DNA of 17,305 nucleotides, taken from contig JAQBUT010000042.1 of the NCBI GenBank assembly GCA_027623195.1, positions 1 through 17,305 on the forward strand, written 5' to 3'. Positions 1 through 6,930 of the stretch are shown here, one piece after another. This DNA comes from Chloroflexota bacterium. GTDB taxonomy: Bacteria; Chloroflexota; Dehalococcoidia; Lucifugimonadales; JADFKI01. The translations under genes and the position numbers were made by a program. The notes under the pieces were generated by a model. The model did not search any database. It was given only the letters and a program-made list of their open reading frames with translations, and was not told the origin of the DNA. The stretch's first letter is position 1; each line of letters starts with the position of its first letter.

Positions 1-149
1 CATATATTGTCAACCATCCCAAAATGGCGTGCCGGTGAAGGAGCCAAATGCCATCTGGGAAATATCGGTCAACAATGCTTTTCACACATTGAGGTCCGTG
101 GGTACCTAGATAGCGTCCAGGATATCCGCGGGGAAGGAGACAGGACCAT

Positions 150-491
150 ATGGGATTTGCAGAGGACGTAAGGGCCAAAATTAATGAGTCGCTGGCTGAA
201 CGAATGCAGGCCGCAGAGGCAAGCATGAAGAAGGCCGGGGAGACCAAAACCGTATGCGTTAACGATGCTGCGGCGAGCAAGCTAGATCTACTGGTGCTTC
301 GCAGGACGCCAGCTGGACCAAATAATCCGGAGCGCCTGGCAAAAGAGAGCTCACTGCAGACGAAGATCCGTGAGTCTAGAGAGAGTTACATCAAAGTCGA
401 ACAGGAAATGGAAGCTTCTCGAAAAGACGTCACCATGTATCAGGGGATTAAAGCAGATCTTCAAAAGGGAGCCCTTCAGCTCATCGCCTAG
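150..491 (+). CDS. Hypothetical protein, 113 aa, predicted alpha-helical/coiled-coil
   Basis: ATG preceded by SD-like GAAGGAG (133-139); Lys/Glu/Ala-rich helical composition; followed by an intrinsic terminator. No family recognised. Confidence 0.7.
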   Translation: MGFAEDVRAKINESLAERMQAAEASMKKAGETKTVCVNDAAASKLDLLVLRRTPAGPNNPERLAKESSLQTKIRESRESYIKVEQEMEASRKDVTMYQGIKADLQKGALQLIA

Positions 492-515
492 CAATATTCT
501 GTTGCATTAATCTCT

Positions 516-549
516 AGGGGGCAGGACACAATCCTGCCCCTTTATTTTT
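516..549 (+). terminator. Rho-independent terminator
   Basis: Stem GGGGCAGGA (518-526) / TCCTGCCCC (532-540), loop CACAA, followed by TTTATTTTT; about 25 nt after the stop of 150..491. Confidence 0.85.
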
Positions 550-568
550 GCTCATTTCAAATCCAATA

Positions 569-805
569 TTCAGGCTTGTATCGTCCGCCAATACTCAGCA
601 GGCCTACGATACGCTGGATGGGTTCATGGACCCGCTGGGGGCGACAAGTCTGGAGGCGGTTGTGGATGCTGACAACACCTGGGGCGGCAGCGTGGACGAC
701 GGCCGTCTGACGTCCGTGGACAATATCGGCCTGCGTAAGCTATGGGGTGGTGCCTACGTGGGCGCGGATTTCCACTTCAGATTCGTCAAAAGCGTTAGTG
801 GGTAA
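569..805 (+). pseudogene. 5'-truncated remnant resembling the C-terminal part of a phage tail-completion/tail-terminator-like protein
   Basis: Translation FRLVSSANTQQAYDTLDGFMDPLGATSLEAVVDADNTWGGSVDDGRLTSVDNIG...YVGADF follows the pattern Q..LD.(F/Y)....G..S..A.(I/V)..D.T.GG..DD.R......G......Y..A(D/E)F that I recall from tailed-phage head-tail module proteins. The track's TTG start (548) lies in the terminator U-tract with no SD. Recall-based, not searched. Confidence 0.45.
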
Positions 806-844
806 CGAAGCATCGATCAAACAATTCCCCTAGACATTCTTGGC

Positions 845-857
845 GTGCTAAAATACC
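845..857 (+). promoter_or_regulatory. Extended -10 promoter (TGnTAAAAT) for rplY
   Basis: GTGCTAAAATACC, about 75 nt upstream of the rplY ATG; the same motif recurs at 2807-2819 (-) and 9575-9585 (+). Confidence 0.65.
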
Positions 858-929
858 TTGGTGTGGCCCCGAGGTATCGGGGTCGAGTTTTGTTAATTTA
901 ATCAACCACAGCCCAGGAGTAGCATCAAC

Positions 930-1577
930 ATGGATGTCCAGACCGTTAAACTGACGCAGCGAACATTAGTAGGCAAAAAGGTTAAACGACTTCGCAAAGT
1001 GGGGATCTTGCCTGTACACGTTTACGGAACGAAGGCGGATCCGGAATCTTTGCAAGGTGACATGCTCATGTTCCGGCGACTGATCCTACAAGTTGGCACC
1101 AACATCCCGGTGTCCTTGGAAGTAGAAGGCAAGCAAGGGAATGCCCTTTGCTTCATCAGGGTTATCCAGCGGCATCCTGTTACCGAAGACCTGCTGCACA
1201 TCGATTTTATGCGCGTTGATGTGGCTCTTACTACACGGGCGGAGGTGCCCATTACGCTGGTGGGAGAAGCGCCGGCCACCAGGATCGGTGGGACGCTTTT
1301 GCAGCCGCTCCAGTCCATAATGGTGGAGGCGCTGCCCATGAACATACCGGGATCGCTCGATGTGGACGTCTCCGACATGGACGATTTCGAGAAGGCCATA
1401 TATGTAAGAGATATCACATCATTGGGGTCGAACGTTACGATTATCACTGACCCAGACGAGATGGTTGCCAGGGTTATCCCGCCGCGTGTTGAGTCTGAAA
1501 TGAGAGTAAGTAGTGAAGAGACTCTAGGCGCCGCTGAGGAAAGCGCGAAAGGCGAGTCTTCAGAGGACGAGTCCTAG
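930..1577 (+). CDS. rplY: 50S ribosomal protein L25 (bL25; CTC/TL5 long form)
   Basis: R...GKK.KRLRK.G..P..VYG N-terminus, IQRHPVT..LLHIDF, C-terminal VPI.LVGEAPA...GG.L...VEALP..IP..VDVS domain, acidic tail; SD AGGAG upstream. Confidence 0.96.
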   Translation: MDVQTVKLTQRTLVGKKVKRLRKVGILPVHVYGTKADPESLQGDMLMFRRLILQVGTNIPVSLEVEGKQGNALCFIRVIQRHPVTEDLLHIDFMRVDVALTTRAEVPITLVGEAPATRIGGTLLQPLQSIMVEALPMNIPGSLDVDVSDMDDFEKAIYVRDITSLGSNVTIITDPDEMVARVIPPRVESEMRVSSEETLGAAEESAKGESSEDES

Positions 1578-1593
1578 CGAGAATAAGTCCTGT

Positions 1594-1637
1594 AAATACA
1601 AAGAGGGCCGCATATGATGGCGGCCCTCTTTGTATTT
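1594..1637. terminator. Bidirectional intrinsic terminator between convergent rplY and enolase-family genes
   Basis: Perfect 18-bp inverted repeat AAATACAAAGAGGGCCGC (1594-1611) / GCGGCCCTCTTTGTATTT (1620-1637), 8-nt loop, T-rich run on both strands. Confidence 0.9.
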
Positions 1638-1661
1638 TGTCCCCCCAATGGCGGTTGGCGC

Positions 1662-2759
1662 TTACGCCACTCGGTGTGGGGCCAATGCCTGCATGTTGGG
1701 CGTGAAGCCCAGGCCGGGACGGTCCGGCGCGAACACGAAACCGTCTGCTACCTCAAGTTTCTCCTCGAACATTTTGCCCCACATTGGGTCCGTTGAATCG
1801 CTGTAGTACTCCAAAATCAGTCCGTTGGGGATTGCCGACACAAGATGTATATGCACCTCCTGCTTGCCGTGAGGCGCTATCGGCAGATCATGTGACTGGG
1901 CCATGGCGGCAACCTTCATGAACTCTGAAATGCCACCCATGATCAGGGCGTCGGGCTGTATGATTGCGGCGCAGCGATTGTTGATCAGGTCGCGAAAACC
2001 ATACTTTGTATATTCGTTTTCCCCGGTGGCGATGGGTATGGATGTAGACCTGCTGATTAACCGGTGGCCCTCGTAATCATCAGGGTTAACGGGCTCCTCA
2101 AACCAATAAACGTCGTATTTTTCAGTCTTTCTGGCAATCTCAATTGCCTCGTAGTATCGGTAAGCGCAGTTGGCGTCCATCATTACCTTAACGTCGGGGC
2201 CAACAGCCTCCCGCACCACCCTGACCCTCTCGGCATCCTCGTTGATGGGAGCGCCGCCAATCTTCATCTTGACCGCCCTGGCGCCCATGTCTACCGCCTT
2301 TTCCATCTCGGCGGATAGCTCTTTCAGGCCTTTGCCCTCCTCGTAGTAGCCGCCTGCGATATATACTGGCACCTTGTCGGCAAACCCACCTAGCATTTGG
2401 TGAACGGGACGGCCTGCTACCTTGCCTTTAATGTCCCATAGGCCGATATCTATACCGCTGATAACCCTGGTGCTTACTCCGCGCCTGCCCACCAGTTTGG
2501 GCTGCCACATGGCATCCCAAATGCGTTCGTTGTTGAACGGGTCTTGGCCGATAAGGTACTGCTTGAAGTGGTCCATCATGCTGATGCCTACCTCTTCCGA
2601 ACCCTGGATGCCCCCATAGTAGCCGTAACCCGTTATTCCTTCGTCGGTTTCGATCTTCACGACGTTGAGTCCTGAAGTGGGGTAGGTATACATACCGTTT
2701 CTAATGGCCGTATGCCTTTCCCATCTATAAACCTCAATGTTAACCTCGGTAATCTTCAT
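1662..2759 (-). CDS. Mandelate racemase/muconate-lactonizing enzyme family protein (enolase superfamily; probable acid-sugar dehydratase/racemase), 365 aa
   Basis: Capping domain (VKIETDEGITGYG; SGIDIGLWDIKGK), KxK motif (KMK), metal ligands MDAN / FEEP / GENE, QPD and APH. Start moved from the track's TTG 2780 to ATG 2759 (MKITEV), with GGAGG upstream. Substrate not determinable. Confidence 0.93.
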   Translation of the reverse strand: MKITEVNIEVYRWERHTAIRNGMYTYPTSGLNVVKIETDEGITGYGYYGGIQGSEEVGISMMDHFKQYLIGQDPFNNERIWDAMWQPKLVGRRGVSTRVISGIDIGLWDIKGKVAGRPVHQMLGGFADKVPVYIAGGYYEEGKGLKELSAEMEKAVDMGARAVKMKIGGAPINEDAERVRVVREAVGPDVKVMMDANCAYRYYEAIEIARKTEKYDVYWFEEPVNPDDYEGHRLISRSTSIPIATGENEYTKYGFRDLINNRCAAIIQPDALIMGGISEFMKVAAMAQSHDLPIAPHGKQEVHIHLVSAIPNGLILEYYSDSTDPMWGKMFEEKLEVADGFVFAPDRPGLGFTPNMQALAPHRVA

Positions 2760-2806
2760 GAGCCCCCAGACCTCCAGCAAAAGTTATAGTTTTCTTGAAA
2801 AGCGTC

Positions 2807-2819
2807 GGTATTTTAGCAC
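2807..2819 (-). promoter_or_regulatory. Extended -10 promoter for the enolase-family gene
   Basis: Reverse complement reads GTGCTAAAATACC, identical to the 13-mer upstream of rplY; about 50 nt upstream of ATG 2759. Confidence 0.6.
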
Positions 2820-2882
2820 AGCCATAATTTAGGAAAGGTCTTGGAAAGAGTAATCTGAATCGGTAGGACTAATTTCAAAGCC

Positions 2883-2893
2883 TGTGCTAGCGT
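2883..2893 (+). promoter_or_regulatory. Possible extended -10 promoter for the 2972-6741 operon
   Basis: TGTGCTAGCGT fits TGnTAnnnT and shares the GTGCTA core of the other motifs; about 80 nt upstream of ATG 2972. Confidence 0.35.
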
Positions 2894-2971
2894 AATAACT
2901 AGGCAGGACTGACTGTTTGTGATTGAGAAAACGGTTCAGGAGAATGCCGTCGTATGGGAGGAGGCAGGCGC

Positions 2972-4345
2972 ATGACGATTCGTCCAGTAATCATATTCAC
3001 GTTCTTAGCAGTGCTGGTTGGCTCTGCGATAGCGGGTGGCACTCTGCTGGGTCGAAGCCTTAGCGCGTCACCTCCAGCAAGCGTCGTGGTGTCACCGCAA
3101 CTAGCGCATGGTGAAGGTCAATATCCGTTTACCATGCAGGGCCTGCTTCTAGACGAAAACGGCGACCCGGTGTCGAACAGCTCCCATTCCCTGACCTTCG
3201 CCATTTACCATGACCCCGATGTCAGCGCCGCACTCTGGAGCGAGACCATAACGGTTTTTACATTGGACGGCCTGTTTACTGTCCAACTTGGGGTAGATGA
3301 TGAGATAGATCCTGATATATTCGCCAACAATCCGACCACGTGGCTTGGCGTAAGAGTTGGATTCAATCCAGAGCTGACGCCTCGAATACGCATGGCCTAT
3401 TCCCCCTATGCAATTCACGCCGTAACGGCGGACACTCTGGTAACGGCTCCTCCGAATCCCAGGCAGGTGGCCATACTCCGCTGGTACGAAGCGAACAACT
3501 CTGAGCTCGAGATTGCGTTGGATGATCGGCCGGGGGCCATCGCCTTTGACGGCGAAAGCATGTGGGTGGCCAACCGAGGTGATGACGCCGACCCCGATGA
3601 CGATGCCGTGACCAAAATCACAGCGTCTACAAAAAAGGTCGTTGCAGACTTTCCCACAGGTCAAAGCCCCAGTGCCATTGCATTTGACGGAGAGAACATT
3701 TGGGTTGCCAATGCAGACAGCGACGACCTGACCAAGTTCAACAAAGACGGCTCTAGGAAACGCACGCTTCCGTCGGGGGGCCAACGGCCTGTTGCGCTGG
3801 CGTTCGATGGTGAGTTCATGTGGGTCGTTAACGAAGGCGACGATACCGTTGTGAAATACGATGTTCGCTCGGAGACAATTTCGGACACTATACCTGCGGG
3901 CAACAGCCCCTCCGCAATTGCCTTTGACGGTGAACTTATGTGGGTTCTAATTTCGGGCAGCCGTAACGTAATGCGGATTAATGCCAAGACGGGCGCTGAA
4001 GTGGACAGACTTGGGGCCGGCGACGGACAGTCCTCTTTGGCTTTCGACGGCACTAATATGTGGGTCGCAGACGAGAGTGACAACTCCGTTACAAAGGTCC
4101 GTGCCGGCGACGGTGAGGTCCTGGGTTCCTTTGGACTGGGCGGGGCTAGGCCGGTCGCCATAGCATTTGACGGCCGGGACATTTGGGTGGTGAACCGCAA
4201 CAGCGACACCGTAACGAAACTCAGGTCGTCTGATGGCTCTGTCATCGGCACATACGGTGTAGGTCTAACTCCCGTTGGAATAGCTTTTGATGGCGTTAAC
4301 CTGTGGGTTGTAAATCAGGATGACGACACGGTGACGATAAAGTAA
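2972..4345 (+). CDS. Exported fibre/adhesin-like protein A: N-terminal signal/anchor, 97-aa QG..PYA domain, 7-bladed YncE/YVTN-like beta-propeller, 457 aa
   Basis: GGAGG (2960-2964) favours ATG 2972 over 2954. Hydrophobic N-terminus; shared domain 3122-3412; NPRQVAILRWY linker; seven ~40-aa repeats P.AIAFDG..(M/I)WV.N...D.V.K. Confidence 0.85.
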   Translation: MTIRPVIIFTFLAVLVGSAIAGGTLLGRSLSASPPASVVVSPQLAHGEGQYPFTMQGLLLDENGDPVSNSSHSLTFAIYHDPDVSAALWSETITVFTLDGLFTVQLGVDDEIDPDIFANNPTTWLGVRVGFNPELTPRIRMAYSPYAIHAVTADTLVTAPPNPRQVAILRWYEANNSELEIALDDRPGAIAFDGESMWVANRGDDADPDDDAVTKITASTKKVVADFPTGQSPSAIAFDGENIWVANADSDDLTKFNKDGSRKRTLPSGGQRPVALAFDGEFMWVVNEGDDTVVKYDVRSETISDTIPAGNSPSAIAFDGELMWVLISGSRNVMRINAKTGAEVDRLGAGDGQSSLAFDGTNMWVADESDNSVTKVRAGDGEVLGSFGLGGARPVAIAFDGRDIWVVNRNSDTVTKLRSSDGSVIGTYGVGLTPVGIAFDGVNLWVVNQDDDTVTIK

Positions 4346-5125
4346 ATGAGACTGCTCAAGCTTATCGCAACCAGACGCAAGCACAGGAGGTACGCCGTCG
4401 TTGCCCTGGCCGCGGCATTTGTCGTCGCAACCTTTGGGGTTAGCTTCGTCGCCGCGCAGGAGTCCAGAAACTTCATGCCGTGGTTCAATCAGGCCAATGG
4501 AGGTGGTGCTCTCGCGGATAGAGACACCATCTTGCGGACCTCCATGGGGCAGGCGGCGATGGGCAGGTCCACGTCGGATGATTTTGAGGTTGTTCTAGGA
4601 TTTCATACTGGGGTGCTGGCTGGTGCGCCTGCTTTCGCCGCAAGAGTTCAAGAGCTTGCCCTGACTCCGTTGCCCACTTCAACATCTACTCCGCCCCCTA
4701 CCAGGACTCCCGAGTCTACAGAGGAGCCTGCAGAGGCTACAGCAACTGCTGAGACTGTGGGAGAAACTGCGACGCCTGATCCGGTTGTTGAGGATACGCC
4801 AACGCCTGAAGAAAGGCCTACTTCTACCGCTGTGCCGCCTACCCAGACACCGGCATTACCAGGGACGCCCGGAGATTTGCCCACCACCACACCGGTCGTG
4901 ATAGTAGTTACATCGGTGCCTGAGCCTGGACTTGAACCGGAGGCCACGGCGACGCCTTACATAATTGTCGTTACTGCTCCTCCTTCGGACGTTCCCACTC
5001 CCGAGCCGCCTTCCGGTGGCGCCTGCGGATTGCCGGCCAATAACGGCCCTATTCCGCTGGATCTGGGGATGATAATGCTCCTGGTTGCCCCACTTATGCT
5101 TTGGAGGATCGGATTTAAGCCATGA
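4346..5125 (+). CDS. Membrane-anchored surface protein: signal peptide, short GGG..GQ..GF motif domain, Pro/Thr/Glu-rich stalk, C-terminal GGACG + TM segment
   Basis: ATG directly follows the previous stop (TAAATG); basic n-region plus hydrophobic h-region ending VAA|Q; stalk ~4661-5010; tail SGGACG...DLGMIMLLVAPLMLWRIGFKP. Confidence 0.8.
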   Translation: MRLLKLIATRRKHRRYAVVALAAAFVVATFGVSFVAAQESRNFMPWFNQANGGGALADRDTILRTSMGQAAMGRSTSDDFEVVLGFHTGVLAGAPAFAARVQELALTPLPTSTSTPPPTRTPESTEEPAEATATAETVGETATPDPVVEDTPTPEERPTSTAVPPTQTPALPGTPGDLPTTTPVVIVVTSVPEPGLEPEATATPYIIVVTAPPSDVPTPEPPSGGACGLPANNGPIPLDLGMIMLLVAPLMLWRIGFKP

Positions 5126-6741
5126 TACTTTGGAGCAGGTCAAAAGCCTTTGCCCTGGGATTACTGGCGCTCGCCTTGATGACGGCCGCCGGGGCTGGGG
5201 CTGCGTATGCCTTCAGCAGTGCGGATACAAACGCCTTGGCAATTTCGACTCTGCAGGCATCTCCGGTGGAATACCCTATATCGATTCAAGGGATTCTTAC
5301 CGATACCAGCGGCAAAACTGTCGCCAATGGCGCGCACGACATTACCTTTTCGATATACGATGAGGTCGCTGGCGGAAAGCGACTTTGGCAGGAATCGCAG
5401 ACGGTGGTTAGCTCTGGTGGCCTGTTCGATGCTTTATTAGGCAGCGCAAATCCCATAGACCCGTCCGTCGTAGATGACAACTCGGAGACGTACCTTGGGG
5501 TCAAGGTGGGCTCGGACGCCGAGTTGGACCCTCGTATTCGACTAGCCTACGCGCCGTATGCAATCCAGGCTGTGGCATCGGACGACTCGGATACGCTGGA
5601 TGGATTCGACTCCTCCGATTTCGCCCTGAAAGGGGAATTACAATCCTCCGGGAGTGTGACCCTAGCCGCATCATCTTACAGCCCATTCTCCTCCAACACT
5701 GTAGATAATGACGACAACGTAGGCACATTCTCAGATATCGCTATAGGACTAGATGGGTTTCCCATCATCAGCTACTACGATGAGTCCGGGCGCGACCTCA
5801 AAGTTGCCAAATGCACCACCTCTGACTGCTCCAGTGCCGTAATTAATACGTTGGATAGCGACGGACTCGTTGGCCAATATACATCCATCGCCATTAGTGA
5901 GGATGGCCTGCCGGTAATTAGTTACTTCGACGACACAAATGACTCTTTGAAGGTGGCTCGCTGTTCCAATTCGGTATGTTCCAGGACGACAATCACCACA
6001 CCGGACACCGGGGGTGTTGGACAATACTCCTCGATTGCAATTGGCAAGGATGGTATGCCGGTGGTCAGTTACTTTCAAAAGGACAGAAAGGATCTCCTCT
6101 TCATCCAGTGCGAAGATGAGGACTGTTCCGACGTAAACTTCAGCAGTGTGGATGAACCCGACGATGTCGGATTGTACAGCTCCGTGGCCATTGGGGCAGA
6201 TGAATTGCCGATAATCAGCTATTACAACGATTCCAACGATACTTTGAAGGTTGCCCACTGTACCAAAGACGACTGTGATACCGCCACAATAACCACCATC
6301 GATGATGCAGGCGATTCTGGCGAATACACTTCCCTGGCTATTGGAACGGACGGATTTGCTGTTATCAGCTACTACGATGCTGGTGATGAGGACCTCAAAG
6401 TTGCTCACTGCTCCAACGCTGCCTGCACGAGTTCCGCAATATCAACAGTGGATAGCGTCGGTAAAGTCGGCATGTACTCGTCGATCACCATTGGGGTAGA
6501 TGGACTGCCCCTAATCAGCTACTTTGATGAGTCCGGAGATAACTTAAAGTTAGCGCACTGCTCCAACGTCTCATGCAGTAGCACGGATAGGATCATGACC
6601 GTCGATTGGCCCGGGCGGGTTGGTGAGCACAGCGCAAATACATCCGGCATTGATGGCCTCCCAATCATTATCTATTACGATGCGACCTCGGAGGCCATGA
6701 AGGCAGTGCGATGCGCCAAGGTTGGCTGCGCGATTCCGTAG
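5122..6741 (+). CDS. Exported fibre/adhesin-like protein B: signal peptide, 97-aa QG..PYA domain, DTLDGFDSSDF fibre-like motif, seven Cys-paired ~50-aa repeats (probable beta-propeller)
   Basis: ATGA overlap with the previous stop; shared domain 5272-5562; seven repeats T.D....VG.Y.S.AIG.DG.P.ISY.D.....LKVA.CxxxxC. Confidence 0.85.
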   Translation: MILWSRSKAFALGLLALALMTAAGAGAAYAFSSADTNALAISTLQASPVEYPISIQGILTDTSGKTVANGAHDITFSIYDEVAGGKRLWQESQTVVSSGGLFDALLGSANPIDPSVVDDNSETYLGVKVGSDAELDPRIRLAYAPYAIQAVASDDSDTLDGFDSSDFALKGELQSSGSVTLAASSYSPFSSNTVDNDDNVGTFSDIAIGLDGFPIISYYDESGRDLKVAKCTTSDCSSAVINTLDSDGLVGQYTSIAISEDGLPVISYFDDTNDSLKVARCSNSVCSRTTITTPDTGGVGQYSSIAIGKDGMPVVSYFQKDRKDLLFIQCEDEDCSDVNFSSVDEPDDVGLYSSVAIGADELPIISYYNDSNDTLKVAHCTKDDCDTATITTIDDAGDSGEYTSLAIGTDGFAVISYYDAGDEDLKVAHCSNAACTSSAISTVDSVGKVGMYSSITIGVDGLPLISYFDESGDNLKLAHCSNVSCSSTDRIMTVDWPGRVGEHSANTSGIDGLPIIIYYDATSEAMKAVRCAKVGCAIP

Positions 6742-6798
6742 TCAGTAATCCTCTCTTAGGCATCTGGCCAGCCTGATACCGCGGTAGCCGATACCTCA

Positions 6799-6829
6799 TT
6801 GACACCGCTTACAAGGCGTGATGTATCAT
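6799..6829 (+). promoter_or_regulatory. Possible sigma70-type promoter for the VWA gene (TTGACA-N19-TATCAT)
   Basis: Consensus -35 at 6799-6804 and near-consensus -10 at 6824-6829; the spacer is longer than optimal. Confidence 0.45.
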
Positions 6830-6930
6830 GGCGACAACGGGAGGCCGTATGCACTCCGCTATGGCCTGTAGAACATTTACCCTCGGTAAACCCAATTCAA
6901 AAACGCGAGTCCTAGCGTTAAGGCTTTCTT

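Noticed and set aside
24..60. Hairpin containing GAAGGAGC, reminiscent of glycine riboswitch, SRP or cobalamin elements
   Set aside because: The other conserved blocks (GGAGA and CUCUCAGG; CAGG...AGCAG; B12 box) are absent.
831..854. TAGACA as the -35 element of the rplY promoter
   Set aside because: Only 12 nt from TAAAAT; an extended -10 explains the site better.
4346..4456. Tat signal in the stalk protein (TRRK / HRRY)
   Set aside because: Twin arginines are present but the S/T-R-R-x-F-L-K consensus is not met; equally consistent with a basic Sec n-region.
3530..6738. Repeats as a CRISPR array or DGR template/variable repeats
   Set aside because: They are in-frame, codon-degenerate protein repeats, with no constant repeat-spacer pattern, no adenine-specific mismatch pair, and no RT or cas gene in the window.
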